Below are positions 23,466 to 38,181 of a stretch of 60,000 nt of DNA, piece by piece. This stretch comes from Laetmonice hystrix (taxonomy: Eukaryota): NCBI GenBank assembly GCA_965235115.1, contig OZ249436.1:6636001-6696000 (forward strand), given 5' to 3'. The first letter of the stretch is position 1; every line of letters begins with the position of its first letter. The notes beneath the pieces were generated by a model. The model did no database searches and was not told the DNA's origin. It saw only the letters and a list, made by a program, of their open reading frames with translations. The position numbers were made by a program, and so were the translations under genes.

Positions 23466-23900
23466 GCAGCGACACCTCCGCGCGTAAGTTTTTGGCGAAG
23501 TAAAGCGTAAAATAAGGGCGTCTCCGCTTGGCCCCCTAGCGGAGACACCAGAGGGCTTGAGTGACGCCAGGGCAGCAGGCAGTCTGTCTGGCAGCGTTCG
23601 TGTTTACTACACGGCTCCTGTCGTCAAGGTCACCGGAAGTAATTCATCACAGCCGCTGCGACAATATTGGTTTACCTGTGTTGTAACGGGTAGTTCATCG
23701 GCTGCCTCTAGTTAGGCAGTGTCGCAGCAATCGCACCACTGTCTCTTACTTTACCACCCACGATAAAGATTACAAGATAAGATTCTAGCTCAATAACAGG
23801 CCTACCTGTTTTTCATTGTTGGGAACCGTTTTCGTCTGGGTCCTGTTCTGTAAGTTATGTCGTCACCAACTGGAACCTACCGTTCACTTGTGAAGATACG

Positions 23901-25061
23901 AGTTGAGCAAGGATGTGGCGCTAAGGTTGCTGATATTTGAGCAGGGGTGTGGCGCTGAGGCTGCTGATAGCTGAGAAGGGATATGGCGCTGAGGCTGCTG
24001 ATAGTTGAGGATGTGGCGCTGAGGCTGCTGATAGTTGAGGATGTGGCGCTGAGGCTGCTGATAGTTGAGGATGTGGCGCTGAGGCTGCTGATAGTTGAGC
24101 AGGGATGTGGCGCTAAGGTTGCTGATAGTTGAGCAGGGATGTGGCGCTGAGGCTGCTGATAGCTGAGGATGTGGCGCTGAGGCTGCTGATAGTTGAGGAT
24201 GTGGCGCTGAGGCTGCTGATAGCTGAGAAGCGATGTGGCGCTGAGGCTGCTGATAGTTGAGCAGGGATGTGGCGCTGAGGCTGCTGATAGTTGAGCAGGG
24301 ATGTGGCGCTGAGGTTGCTGATAGTTGAGCAGGGATGTGGCGCTGAGGCTGCTGATAGTTGAGCATGGATGTGGCGCTGAGGCTGCTGACAGCTGAGAAG
24401 GGATGTGGCGCTGAGGCTGCTGATAGCTGAGAAGGGATGTGGCGCTGAGGTTGCTGATGGTTGAGCAGGGATGTGGCGCTGAGGCTGCTGATAGTTGAGC
24501 AGGGATGTGGCGCTGAGGTTGCTGATAGTTGAGCAGGGATGTGGCGCTGAGGTTGCTGATAGTTGAGCAGGGATGTGGCGCTGAGGTTGCTGATAGTTGA
24601 GCAGGGATGTGGCGCTGAGGTTGCTGATAGTTGAGCAGGGATGTGGCGCTGAGGTTGCTGATAGTTGAGCAGGGATGTGGCGCTGAGGCTGCTGACAGCT
24701 GAGAAGGGATGTGGCGCTGAGGTTGCTGATAGTTGAGGATGTGGCGCTGAGGCTGCTGATAGTTGAGTAGGGATGTGGCGCTGAGGTTGCTGATGGTTGA
24801 GCAGGGATGTGGCGCTGAGGCTGCTGATGGTTGAGCAGGGATGTGGCGCTGAGGTTGCTAATGGTGGAGCAGGGATGTGGCGCTGAGGCTGCTGATGGTT
24901 GAGCAGGGATGTGGCGCTGAGGTTGCTGATAGTTGAGCAGGGATGTGGCGCTGAGGTTGCTGATAGTTGAGCAGGGATGTGGCGCTGAGGTTGCTGATAG
25001 TTAAGCAGGGATGTGGCGCTGAGGTTGCTGATAGTTAAGCAGGGATGTGGCGCTGAGGTTG
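23901..25061. repeat. Minisatellite, 34-bp unit GGGATGTGGCGCTGAGGTTGCTGATAGTTGAGCA (30-bp variants), ~35 copies
   Basis: Direct reading; explains the 409-aa ORF. Confidence 0.97.
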
Positions 25062-25775
25062 TGCTGAGGTTGTAAGTGGGCTTCCATGGACAGAAGACGG
25101 TAGTGTCACCCACCGTTCATGGCTCAGAACCAGAAGGTGACAATAAGAGAAGGTGAGGGTGGTTAGTCTCACCCAGTCATTACCACCCCAACTCTATACT
25201 GACGGTCCAGCTCTCCTAGTCGTATCTATTCTGAAATCAGAAAAATAAAAATAAAATATCCCGCCCAAACAAACAAGGGCTTGAAAAGGCGGGGTAATTC
25301 TATAATTTAAAATAAATCTGTAAGTTTTATAACACGGTCCCGATATCTCATATTTTGTATATTTAATCGATACTATCTTTATTTGTATGCCTAGACTGCG
25401 TGCCACCTTGCAGCGTTACAGAAGATCTTGCTATAATCAACCTCTTCAGAACTTTCCGTGTTTTACATGTGACCTTTTACTGGATTTAAATGAGAGTATG
25501 GTAGATTTGACTGGCCGACGGAGATGTGTGCGTGTACAATCAACCTCCGGTAAGCTCATCTACTGTTGGCGACCATCCCACCGATAATCTGACTTCGTTA
25601 CTCTCACAATGTCTGCACCGATTGAATTATCTATTACACGATGGAAGACTGACTGGGGTCACGGAGCGCTAATTGCCACCACCTAAACGAGTTGGCGCTT
25701 CTTTCATTTAGGCGTCGATGGCGTCGGCAGCGTCGGGTGTGCCCCAGCCTGGTCGTAGACATTTTGGCGGGTTAC

Positions 25776-25859
25776 ATTTAAAACACCCGTTCTATACCTA
25801 CACATACAGGGAGAGATTTAAAACACCCGTTCTATACCTACATATACAGGGAGAGATTT
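25776..25859. repeat. 40-bp tandem duplication (2 copies)
   Basis: ATTTAAAACACCCGTTCTATACCTACAYATACAGGGAGAG x2. Confidence 0.9.
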
Positions 25860-25916
25860 CCTTAGAGTGGGGAAATGTGCAGAGGCCTAAAACATGTACC
25901 ACTCATATAGGTAGGC

Positions 25917-26090
25917 CAGTGAGGGATCCAGGATTTAAAAAAGGGGCGCCACCTAAAAAGAAATTATTATGTTGCTCCTGGATGACTGAGGAGGCATTTT
26001 TTTAAAGGTTTCAGGGTCCCAATAATGCATCTTCTTAAAAAAGGGGAGGAAAATTTAAGGGGGCGGGCCCCACCCCCTGGATCCCCAGTG
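25917..26090. mobile_element. Small MITE with CA...TG ends (GGATCCAGG-type TIR, hAT-like)
   Basis: CAGTGAGGGATCCAGG ... CCTGGATCCCCAGTG; no clean TSD. Confidence 0.55.
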
Positions 26091-26784
26091 TAGGCTATAG
26101 GTATGTCAAAATAATATTGGATTGAGTTCAGGCATGCCAACGACTCTATCTGGCTGCAAGTGTTTCAGAATATTATAACCCATGAACATTATCTGATAAC
26201 ACCTTTCTCAACTCTACTGAGCGGATTACTGTCAAAACACAGAGAGGGGTTATCGCCTAGCGTGAGAACATTGTAGGAGATCTTGTCCTCTCCTAATCTT
26301 TGTCTATTTTGTCTCACTAATCCTTGACACCTGTACGTTACTTCGGTACTGGTACGTCACCCGTCCATGACAATGTAATGATTATAACCGAGATTTTTAC
26401 AATGTTCGGAACCGTTCCTTTTGCCACTAGATGGTGATTATTTAGAATAATGCATTCTTACTCTACAACTAGCTGTCATCCTTCAAGCGAGTCATCATTA
26501 AGTGTTAACACAGACATTTTCTAAAGACCGAGGCCGTTATTTTTTTTATAGACCTGTCGATAAGTGCCATTATCTTAATAGGTGTTTAATCGACATAGTC
26601 ATAATCTCTTATGGCACTGATATTAGTGATGAGGTGTAGACTGCTACAGTGTACATGTACTCATGCCTGTCAGGGCATTAAACAAATCCATATTACATAT
26701 TGATATGGGCTATACAAGTGCATATACAGTTAGGCTACTTCAGATAACGGGTCGGACGTGTTGAATTGTTGACAACCGTGAGTG

Positions 26785-27656
26785 AATAACCTTTCCTGTC
26801 ATCAAGATCTAGACGGAGAAATAACCTTTCCTGTCATCAAGATCTAGACGGAGAAATAACCTTTCCTGTCATCAAGATCTAGACGGAGAAATAACCTTTC
26901 CTGTCATCAAGATCTAGACGGAGAAATAACCTTTCCTGTCATCAAGATCTAGACGGAGAAATAACCTTTCCTGTCATCAAGATCTAGAAGGAGAAATAAC
27001 CTTTCCTGTCATCAAGATCTAGAAGGAGAAATAACCTTTCCTGTCATCAAGATCTAGACGGAGAAATAACCTTTCCTGTCGTCAAGATCTAGAAGGAGAA
27101 ATACCCTTTCCTGTCATCAAGATCTAGACGGAGAAATAACCTTTCCTGTCATCAAGATCTAGAAGGAGAAACAACCTTTCCTGTCATCAAGATCTAGACG
27201 GAGAAATAACCTTTCCTGTCATCAAGATCTAGACGGAGAAATAACCTTTCCTGTCATCAAGATCTAGACGGAGAAATAACCTTTCCTGTCATCAAGATCT
27301 AGACGGAGAAATAACCTTTCCTGTCATCAAGATCTAGACGGAGAAATAACCTTTCCTGTCATCAAGATCTAGAAGGAGAAATAACCTTTCCTGTCATCAA
27401 GATCTAGACGGAGAAATAACCTTTCCTGTCATCAAGATCTAGACGGAGAAATAACCTTTCCTGTCATCAAGATCTAGACGGAGAAATAACCTTTCCTGTC
27501 ATCAAGATCTAGACGGAGAAATAACCTTTCCTGTCATCAAGATCTAGAAGGAGAAATAACCTTTCCTGTCATCAAGATCTAGAAGGAGAAATAACCTTTC
27601 CTGGTATCAAGATCTAGAAGGAGAAATAACCTTTCCTGTCATCAAGATCTAGAAGG
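26785..27656. repeat. Minisatellite, 35-bp unit AATAACCTTTCCTGTCATCAAGATCTAGA(C/A)GGAGA, ~25 copies
   Basis: Direct reading. Confidence 0.97.
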
Positions 27657-30600
27657 GGAGGCAGGGATTTCTACTTCCTTTCAAACATTCCTAGGTTAGT
27701 TGCAAAAAAAATTAAATTAATATTTAACATTCCGCATTCTAGTAAAATTCTCAACACTTACCAACGTAGGCTTTCTGTATGTCCTCTGGTTGTAATTAAA
27801 ACTTTCACATAAAAAACATGTTAGAAACCAGAGAAAGTTTCATATTATAGTTTATATTGTAAAGTATACTAAATAATATAGGCCCCTATATTCGATCTAT
27901 GCCGAAGGTAGGCGAGTTAATCGTTGATGCTTTGTTAGAGTAGAGATTTAGGTAAATGCTGAATGGTCTTTGAAATCTATGAGTGTATAGATAATTCAGG
28001 TAGTCCCGTTACCAAGGAAACGGCGTCCCCCGGGCCACGAACGCTACATCACGGACGCCCAGGGAGCGATAATAGGCGAGTTACAAATGATCGCGTCCCA
28101 TTAGTCGGACTTGGTCCGTTGTCACTTGAAATCACGAGAGGCGGACCAGCACAACAAACTATCACCGACCCATCTCAGGATCCGGCCCAAATCGTCGCTC
28201 AGAGACGATCACTGAATCCCTCACTGTCAGAACTTACCAAATATATCGTCGCATTCTTTCTTCTTTTTTGTAATATTTTTTTTTAATGATAAAAAAATCT
28301 ATCAAGCATCCATATATTCACGCTGTTTTGCCAGAACATGGTGGGGTATGTTATACTGTGGCACAGTCTGCGTAACGGACGATTTTCTAGATTATCTAGA
28401 GTGTACTAAGATAATCTAGGAAGTATATAGATTATTGAGAGTGCCCCCACCTTATCTGCCACTCGATGTATGACAGTGAAAGGTTACCAACGAACCAACC
28501 GTTGAGATAACGCATGCACACCTGTGTATATATACCTCTTCTCTTGATTCGTACACTTGTCAATCATCGAGTCCTCCATATACCTGCACTCGCCAGTACC
28601 AACGGCTAAAGTGCAAAATCATTGCACTTTACTTCGCATTGTGCAATATCAATTTCAATATTGCATACACACCAATGGCCATATGCAAGAACATTTTATG
28701 AAGTTAATCCCAAGAATCGCTTAACTTACTATCAAGCCTAGATTTACGGTTGGGTATGTTTAAGGGTAGTCATGTTTAATTGAATTCTATTGTGCTTGGT
28801 CAGCGAAATAAGGGGCCATTCTCCAAAAAGGAGAAAGAGCGAGAAAATTCTGACTTTCTGGCGACTGGGAATAGGCGTAAATCCACGGATTGGGTTAATC
28901 TCGAGACCAAGTACGTTCTTGCATACGGCCATAAGTGTTGTATTTGTTTACATGTACTATGCTCCCCGGAACAGATCTTTATTTGTGATCACGTGGCAGG
29001 GAATTAACCAATCGCTGCAGGGTAGGCGTGGTAGTATACAATATCATGTCAGAAATATACAAAATTTAATGATGAATTCTGATAACAGAAGTATTGTATT
29101 ACTTTCGTAGGAAACTTCTAACGTTTAGGCCTGCATGTATAAATACACACGTAGTTTTAAGAATTTACAATCTTCATGTCACTCCTTCGGTTTAGCCCGA
29201 CTGCATACCAAGGAAAGAGCGTCCTTGGCAAGCATCCATTATGAGATGAACTCTCTCTAACGTGCCAGTCTATCACCATGTCAGTTCTAAGGATGCTCTG
29301 GACGCCAAACGGGATCCGAGCAGACGAGATTGAGGGATCAGTTTCCATAGAGAGGAAGACCCGGATGAGAATGGCCATCAGAACAGATGCACCGTTCACG
29401 AGGCAGCCGCAGCTTATGACACCTCGGCTCCCATGCTGAGCATGCGCGGCTGTCTGATAGGCCATACAAAGCCTTGGTGGTCAGGGCCAGGGCAACGTGT
29501 CGACATATCGGCCTCCCAGAATGCCAGGCAGGGATCGGGCGATAATTGAGTTATCCACGCCATTTTTAACCGTAGCCGACAGGACTGGGGCAGGTACGGC
29601 CGCACAGTCGGAGTATAGATAACGGATGTAGTCAATGATGGGCGCCATTTTGACGACACGCCCGCCACCTGTTGTATTTAAGGCGGCTGCCCTTTTGCCA
29701 AAACCAGAAAAGACATGAATTCGTCACGATGATCTCCTGACACGCTAATGACTTACTGCATACGAACCGCCTCTCTGTGGTTCCTAGTTGCATGTTAAGT
29801 GGTCATAGCTGGTTAAGGATAAGTTCTTCTCTTCTGACTTAAACCATACATCTCCCGGAAAATTACAGGCTCTGGAGGACGCTAAAGGCCCCTAGCCAGG
29901 ATATCCGGAAGGGTGGTTCGTTTTGCCGAAAAGCGCATGGAGTTTTTGAAGAAATGGACTATTAGGCCTACTTTAGAAAAAGTGGACCTTTTGGGGACGA
30001 AAAGGTGGTCCATGGGGGTTCAGGGACTTTCGGGAGGTGTATTCTTCGAGCATCCATGCAATACTTTTCATAAGAACTTCATAATAACAATATTGTGAAA
30101 CGGAAAAGTTTAAAATAGATACCACATGTTGACTGTTAAAGCAATGTATGTTATACCATCGAGTTATCAAGTTATATCATCCAATATATATTGTATATAG
30201 TCGGTAGTATGATAGTAAAAGGAGGAGTCTGAGACACATATTTGTGTCCATCAATTTGCTGGCGTGGATCTGGTAATACTTGTTATGTGAGATGTGATCA
30301 GTTTGACTGCTACTGACGGGCAGGAATTTCACAATCCTATCGCCGCCTCTTTCGGTGTGCGTGACCCTGTATACCCGTTCAAACTCGATTTGATTCAATG
30401 TCACTTGATTGACTTACTGGTAAGAACTACTCCCTGCGGACGGGGCCTCATCAAATGTAGACGGGACATCTGAGGGCCCATCAGACAGAACTCATCCAAG
30501 CCGCCGCATTATGTCGACCTGTCTTCGTCAGCAGTCAGATACGAGTCCAATATAGCCTGCCCCGACTCCCGATCGCTTGCTGCCATTCGCCTGGAACAAA

Positions 30601-30767
30601 GAACGTAGCAATACGCGTAGGACAATTTTCTAAATTACCTGTCAGTAATTTGTTCCTAGTGAGATCCATCGGCGTTAAGCCGGCTGCTGCAAATGGACTT
30701 ACCGGTTTCATAATACTTACTATACAGACCACAGATCGGCAACAGGGAACCCTATTTATGGCGCTGT

Positions 30768-30876
30768 TGGATCGACTGAGGACAACAAACTGTACGCGGA
30801 CACAGTCAAACATGGACCGTGGGATCGACTGAGGACAACAAACTGACTGTAGGCGGACACAGTCAAACATGGACCA
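30768..30876. repeat. ~54-bp tandem duplication (2 copies) abutting a TTC tract
   Basis: GGATCGACTGAGGACAACAAACTG...GCGGACACAGTCAAACATGGACC x2. Confidence 0.85.
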
Positions 30877-30883
30877 ACGCTAC

Positions 30884-30987
30884 TCTTCTTCTTTTCTTCT
30901 TCTTCTTCTTCTTCTTCTTCTTCTTCTTCTTCTTCTTCTTCTTCTTCTTTTCTTCTTCTTCTTCTTCTTTTCTTCTTCTTCTTCTTA
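30884..30987. repeat. (TTC)n microsatellite
   Basis: Direct reading. Confidence 0.97.
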
Positions 30988-31014
30988 TAGTTTTGCATAC
31001 GCGGTATGTGGTTC

Positions 31015-31116
31015 AGTTTGCTGTCCCTGCAGTTGCTAAAAAGGTTTAATACCACTGCAGCAGTCAGTTTGTGGTCCCTGCAGTTCCTAAGAAAGGTTTA
31101 ATACCACTGCAGCAGT
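31015..31116. repeat. ~51-bp tandem duplication (2 copies)
   Basis: GTCCCTGCAGTT.CTAA.AAAGGTTTAATACCACTGCAGCAGT x2. Confidence 0.85.
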
Positions 31117-32498
31117 ACACTGTTATTTTGCCATCCATCAGAAGGTGAAAAAGACGCATTAACTGCAGCAGACAATATGAGATCAATTGGCGGGAAACGG
31201 AACCAACGTTCCGTCTTGACAGTTGGGAGCTGTCGATCGGGATCCAAAGTAACGGGTTATTTTATGTTACCTCTGCTCATAATAAATATCTACAGTGAGA
31301 GAAGGTTTATATGAGCCTATAGTGTATAAGGTTTGTACATAATGTCTTTGGCTTTTGGCAAGTGCACAGCACCTCACGATATTCTAAATACGACCATGTA
31401 AGCTGCTTTTTTTTCTCCCAGTAGGCTAATTGGTTTTGTGTAGACATGAGATGTGGCAATTATAATACGATGAAGAAATAAAGACTTGCTGGATGTTTAA
31501 TCTACATCAGGGTTGACTTGATACCGGTGCTTATAGAAAGGGGACGGACAACCAATGAGATGTGCAGCTGATACAAAATATCATGTACAAAAAGTGATGT
31601 AGATTGGGTTCAATAATACACATAATACCTCATACACACCAACCGTTTCCCTCACTCTTACACAGGGTCCATAACTCTAAGCCGAGGCTGGTTCCACTAC
31701 GACCGTTTTCAACATCAAAGCCAATGAGACACCAGGGCGCTTTAAGGTAGGCGGGGGCTAATTTAGACGGATAACATCCACAGAGTGGGTGTTTAACGTC
31801 CGACATAGCAATCATTTACAAAAACCTGGGAGTTTTATATGAGAGTAGCTATAGGCGATCTGTGTAAATGAAACAAGCCTGTGCTACTATGGAAGTGGAA
31901 ACGTTGATATTATTACAGAGGCGCCCAGGCGCACAATTATAATCTGACAGCTGATATAGAACAGGGTGCATAAAGAGTCACTTTCAAACAGATGAGATAA
32001 AGTCCATAGATTCACTTTGTAGCGACTTCTCGATGCCTGAAAATGGGGACCACTTGCCTATACTACTGGCAGGTCTGCGTCTGTAAAACTACAGTGCTGA
32101 TGTTCTGTACAGTTCCAATATAATACCTATCGATATTTCTGTATTGTGTATATTTAGGCGTCAGTACTGCGCATAATATAGCGTCATTACGCGGCTCTCT
32201 GTAATATGAATATAAACATGATATTTGCGGAAGTACGTTTCGCTCTTGTTCATGATGTGTAGGTTTACTCGAGACCTAGACTAGATTTATAGGCCGAACA
32301 TATTGGATAATTCCATGGACACGCCACTCTTCTTGAGTGACAAATACACCAAGACGCAGTCTCTGGGCTCCATGTGACGCCAAGTTGACGATATAGGCCT
32401 ATGTTCACGTCACGGGGCCTACTGAACGTTGCACTTGTTGACAGGGAAACAATATAGTGACGTATACATCCTTTAGTCCTTTATTTTCTACTTATCCT

Positions 32499-32722
32499 GG
32501 ATATTAGAGTGTGTATGAGAGGATGGATATTACAGAGTGTGTCTGAGAGGAAAGATATTACAGAGTGTGTCTGAGAGGATGGATATTACAGAGTGTGTCT
32601 GAGAGGATGGATATTACAGAGTGTGTCTGAGAGGATGGATATTACAGAGTGTGTCTGAGAGGATGGATATTACAGAGTGTGTCTGAGAGGAAGGATATTA
32701 CAGAGTGTGTCTGAGAGGAAGG
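32499..32722. repeat. Minisatellite, 28-bp unit GGATATTACAGAGTGTGTCTGAGAGGAT, ~8 copies
   Basis: Direct reading. Confidence 0.95.
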
Positions 32723-33709
32723 TATTTCAAGAACATGAATGTCTATCAGCTGAAGGACATGAAGCTGTACATTAGGGTCAGTCTGTCTACCTCACACAAA
32801 CTTCCGTGACGACCTTTCAATTGCTGCAGGAAGTATTCATTATTCACAATTCTTGGTTCGAGAAGCAATGTATAGCGCTATTTATGGCAACTCTGACATT
32901 TTCACCTACTTCTACGTGGGTGTGACACATATAAATGGAAATAAGCAACTCCCAACCTCTGACTTCACTATTAGAGATAGAATGTAGGTCATGTGCTGGA
33001 CATTCGAACACAACATTTCGACAATATCAGTTGTGTGTAATAGGTACACTATCTAACATTGGGTACAAATGTTTCCATTGCCCCTAACCCTAACCCTACC
33101 CAATACCCCGCAACCCTGTCTGTGACTGGGCCAGCGTTACAAAGTGAGTCGGGGATTCATAAAAAGATAGCTCGAGGGAGGAGAACATGGTAGAGGGGGA
33201 GACAAGCCTTGGGGGAACATTTGCATCTATACAACTCCGTTTTTATGAAGGGCTCGCCCCATCACCATGATGAAGTAATTCCATTTCTGAGCACCGCCGG
33301 CGTAAACGATCGGGAAATGGCTGGCTCGATCCATCAACAAGTGGTAGCAGTAGAGGGAAAGCCGACAGTCACCGCCCCCCCCCCCCCCCACCACACCTCC
33401 TGGCGGCCACTGCCGGGGGTGCCGGGGGCCGTCCGTGGGGGCCGGGGGAGGGGGTTCGAACCCACCACCACCACCACCATCGACTCCTGTAAGTAGGACG
33501 GTCGGCTTCCCGTACACCTAGTCCAGCACCCTTCACCGTAAAGACGCCGTAACGATTGGCGCATGGCGACCCCATTGTCCGATATGACCAACTTTCCTGG
33601 ACATTCTTCGGGGATCAGGGGGTCGATAGCTCGTCCGAGTGGGTGTGTTCATGTAGAACGAGCAACAAGTGGCATACATAGGTATTAGGGCCAAGGCTTT
33701 TAATTGCCT

Positions 33710-33743
<34 letters not shown>

Positions 33744-34910
33744 CTCTGTTTTCCCCATCTTGAATATGTTTAGGCCACCAGTCACAGCCATCTGAAATGC
33801 TCCTGTCAAACCACGAATTGTTATCAGAGGGAGACCTTTAACGACCTTTCCAAGTCTCAGAGGTCAGCAGACTTTAATACGTTTGCCAAAATGCATCATC
33901 ACATTGAATTCATGAGGTTCAAACAGGCAAAATGTTGATTTGACTCAAATGTGACCTTCTGTCTTCACTCCTTTCTTTCGTCGTAAAGGTCCAAGGCCCT
34001 TTAAGAAGTGGTGACCTTCATGATCATGTGACGCGTCATGATATCATGCGTGGCGGGAAAAACGTCTTTGATATTTGTGTCTCCATAGTTGATGCCAGTC
34101 AGTGCACGTAACCAGCTTTATTACGGTAAACCACATTATAGATAGATGGCTGTGTGCATGACCGCTGCCAGTCGTTTATTAATGAGGTCTTTGCTGCTTC
34201 CTTTAACCATTGTCAATGGCAGTATTAACAAAACAATCCATAGATTACGCGGTGGGGGGAGGAAGCGGCCGATGGGTGACGTATCTATGCGGGGCGCCCC
34301 CTACCTTCTAAAACGAGTCAGTTCTCACAGCGAGGCTGGGATCAAACGATTGGTCGATTTCATTTAGGGCGGGAGAGCAGTAAGATTGCTAGCTAAGACG
34401 CCACTCACAACCAGCGCGCTGGATGTCGTCTGCGACTAATGCACGCGAAATTGATTCGGATTATGGAAACGGAGACTCTATAGAGCTGCCGACAGTCAAC
34501 AGCCTCTGTAAATTAACTATGGAGTTTCTGTGTTAAAGTCTCCCGTAGGTGTGGGGATTGGGACTATGGTAGCGGTCTCTAGGGTGGTTATAAGGGTTCC
34601 ATTGCCTGACTTTTGATGTCATTGTAGCCGAGAATCTCCCTTTATAACATGGAGGTTAATCGCGCAATGGGGACGTAATGTGTCAATATGGTATTGACGT
34701 GCTTGTATCCCCATGCCTCCTCCCAGATAAAGCCTAGGATATTCCTGGCCCAATTCATCTTTATATCCCCCACATTAACATGAGTGCAGGCCTCCTAGTT
34801 TAGATATTAACTGCAGTTACCTTTCTTGTAGTTGTGGGTGGGGGAGAGGAGTGATGTACATGTACCACGCGTTCTCGTGGTAGATACAGCCTCACTGAGC
34901 GGCCCTTTTA

Positions 34911-35310
34911 TAGATACATGACTGAGGATAAAGAGTGAGCAGTGGTCGATATGTTAAACAAGGAGTTTAGATACATGACTGAGGAGAAACAGTGAGCAGT
35001 GGTCGATATGTTAAACAAGGAGTTTAGATACACGACTGAGGATAAACAGTGAGTAGTGGTCGATATGTTAAACAAGGAGTTTAGATACATGACTGAGGAT
35101 AAAGAGTGAGCAGTGGTCGATATGTTAAACAAGGAGTTTAGATACATGACTGAGGATAAAGAGTGAGCAGTGGTCGATATGTTAAACAAGGAGTTTAGAT
35201 ACATGACTGAGGATAAACAGTGAGCAGTGGTCGATATGTTAAACAAGGAGTTTAGATACATGACTGAGGATAAAGGGTGAGCAGTGGTCGATATGTTAAA
35301 CAAGGAGTTT
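34911..35310. repeat. Minisatellite, 57-bp unit TAGATACATGACTGAGGATAAAGAGTGAGCAGTGGTCGATATGTTAAACAAGGAGTT, 7 copies
   Basis: Direct reading. Confidence 0.96.
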
Positions 35311-36221
35311 CATTCTGATTCCTTGTTGCACGTCTTCAAGACGCAGCCTTGTAGATAACGTCAGGAAATACTGCCAGACTCTGACCAGATTTACTGCACA
35401 CTTTCTTCAGGCGGATTTATTTACCTGCTGTAGTTGGTATCCTCCAGCCAGACATGACAAGAATGAAGAGAAGTGGCGGGAGGACCGTGAGAGTGAAGAT
35501 GAAGATCGTAGATGAACTGATACGGCAAGTTACTGTTTCCAAGCCTTGATCTTATCTTTTATTGACTTTCGGCTCTCTGAACAGAGCAACCCACTGCATG
35601 GTTGGCGTCGGACGTAATTGTGCCATTTGAAGACGGATCGGTCTCTAAATAGAAAGTTGATCTCGGCTTCTCCAAGTATGGCGTGCACTGGTGCAACGCT
35701 TGGCGACACACACCCGTGCTGATCACGTACATGCATGCAATGGAAACACAGCGTCTCTGATGCCATCGGACACTCCATCTCACACTGCGCAGATACCAGT
35801 ACGTGCATGGCTCTGGACGACGGGGTCTCACTGACTCTAACCTATAGCCACGCTTTCTGTCCAAATGCGCAACAATTTTTTTTTTTTTGCCTTAACTGTA
35901 AATGTACAATTCAAACACACAATATGCTGCGGCATTCACTTCCGAACACGTATAATTGATTGGAATATCGTTTGAAATCACGTAAGTCTCGACCAATTTC
36001 ACGGATTTGTCTGGAAATCGATGGCGAATCTCGGCTGATCGTCACCGACGTTCAATCCATGGTGTCAGGGTGGTGCGCTGTAAGAACTGCAGCAAGTTGG
36101 CGGGAAAGTCTTGGGTAAGCTTGGAGTGGATGCAAGTGTTTGTCTTCGTCACCACGGCAGTGAACAATCAATGAGATTTGATGCTGTCCGATACTAATCC
36201 TCAGACATGGTATGCCATACG

Positions 36222-36419
36222 TAATTCACATCACTGCATATTCTACAGTTTGCTTAATTCACATCACTGCATATTCTACAGTTTGCTTAATTCACATCAC
36301 TGCATATTCTACAGTTTGCTTAATTCACATCACTGCATATTCTACAGTTTGCTAAATTCACATCACTGCATATTCTACAGTTTGCTTAATTCACATCACT
36401 GCATATTCTACAGTTTGCT
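36222..36419. repeat. Minisatellite, 33-bp unit TAATTCACATCACTGCATATTCTACAGTTTGCT, 6 copies
   Basis: Direct reading. Confidence 0.96.
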
Positions 36420-38181
36420 GGTCGCTGGGGTGCTACAGGCTGGAGCATGGCGGCTTAGCCAAGCCATCGATTGCGTCTTGCAGCTCTAGTTTATTAATAA
36501 AGCTACGGCTACGGACAGATCATAATCTTTGAGCATATTGGCCGATTCCAGTGATGCTACATACGATTACTCTCATCACTGTACACAGTAGTCTCTAATA
36601 AAAACAGACAACTTTGGCGTCCTGATTCCAGGCGAGAGAAAATAAATAAAAGGCGCCACAGTCCGGCTTGTGGGACTGTGGATAGAGGCGTCGGATAGAG
36701 GCGTCGGATAACGTCGAGCGGAGAGACGTCAATACTAATATTGGGCGTAACTTCTCCCGTGCCTGTTGATATTGATGTAAAGCCAATTCTTGTCTCAATT
36801 TTTTAGGAACAATTCTCCGCAAATGATATAGTATGTTCAGATCTATCCTCAGGCAATATTTAACAGGGGGAGTAAGATGTCCAGACATTATGTCTGATCC
36901 ACAGTGCTTTATCTTATGTCTGCCTGATCCATAGTGCTTTATCTACAGTGTTCACGATATTTCGTATTTTTTGTCTCTCGTCATTGACGATGTAAATTCA
37001 CTATTTGAGGGAGCAGATATTCGTGACTGACTAAGCTCACGCATGAGATGTACTTATCTTTCATCGAGAACAACCATATAGGTTTCCCTGCCAAACAGGG
37101 AATAGTGTACGGGGAAAGCTTTACAATTGCTGTATGCTGTTAGTCTAGGGCCGTGACCCCAGCCTCCCCCCCCCCTCCCTGCACCGCTGCACTCCGTTCC
37201 CTGTGGCCTTGTAAAAGCACTACCGTATCTGGCAGAGGGCCAGTCTCGACTCGCGCTCTCTCGAGCCATAACGTACCCTTGGGCAGTGCCTGCGCATGTC
37301 CTTGGCGGCCGTGCACAACAAGGCAAACGCTGCCATTCGACCACTCGATGGAATCAAGTACGGACCTGCCTCCTCCTCCTCCAGGGAGTACGCGGCCACC
37401 ACGTGCGCCCTCCAGAACGGACGACAACACCGCCCTGGATGGTTCTCCTGTGTTCTGGAGTTTAACCGCCACAGGAGTCGACCATTGTGTTGGGAGACAG
37501 GCGTGGAATGCGATCAGACGCACGGCTAGGTCTGAGGTGGAGTTTAAGTGTTGATGTTCCATAGTATATCGATGGATTCAAGCGGCCACATGATTTGATC
37601 TGCTACTTATTATGCTGAGACAACATGGGACTAACATGGTCCACTCATTAAGCGTTAATGTGTTGGCGATACAATGTGCTGTCGTGCTAAGGATGACGAT
37701 GATGGAGAGGATGATTGGGATGACAATCGGATGGTGTCCACAAGTGTATTGTTTACAGAGCAGAGCTGATTGTACGTGTCTTCATAGAGATGTAAAGCAT
37801 GATGAATTAACATTTGGAGTGGCTAGACTTTAATGGAAAAACTACCAATTGGTGAGTTGCTAGACGTTTCTATATAGTAATCTCTTGCTGGAAAAGACTT
37901 CTTGGATTTCTTAGTACCCTGATATCGTAAGAGAAGATACAAATATTTCCATTCAACACTTCCTGTTTCCTCTCAAAGTTTCCAATTCTTTCCACATTCT
38001 TCTAGATATATACTGCCTTCTATAGTTTTCTGTCTTTTCTATTCATTTCTTCTATTTTTTGCCTGCATGACCCGTCATACCAATATCTCTCTACATTAAT
38101 ATATATCTCTTCATATACAGAGTATAGTTCTCGTTCCTCCCCATCCTATCCTTTCATGTTGTCACCGCTACCCTACCCTAC

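Noticed and set aside
23884..25113. 409-aa ORF
   Set aside because: A 34/30-bp minisatellite cycling through all three frames; not a coding pattern.
29887..30030. MITE-like start AGGCCCCTAGCCAGGA
   Set aside because: No matching right TIR or TSD found.
30756..31055. Poly-K/R/E and poly-F ORFs
   Set aside because: Translation of the (TTC)n microsatellite.
33082..33099. CCCTAA repeats (also TTAGGCC x3 at ~21278-21300 and degenerate TTAGGG at ~56320-56350) as telomeric sequence
   Set aside because: Only 2-3 units; too short to call interstitial telomere.
35434..35524. Possible plus-strand exon (GILQPDMTRMKRSGGRTVRVKMKIVDELIR)
   Set aside because: Needs a GC donor, has no recognisable homology, and no partner exons were found.
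37153..37554. GC-rich 133-aa ORF and overlapping antisense ORFs
   Set aside because: No recognisable domain; several frames are open because of GC content.
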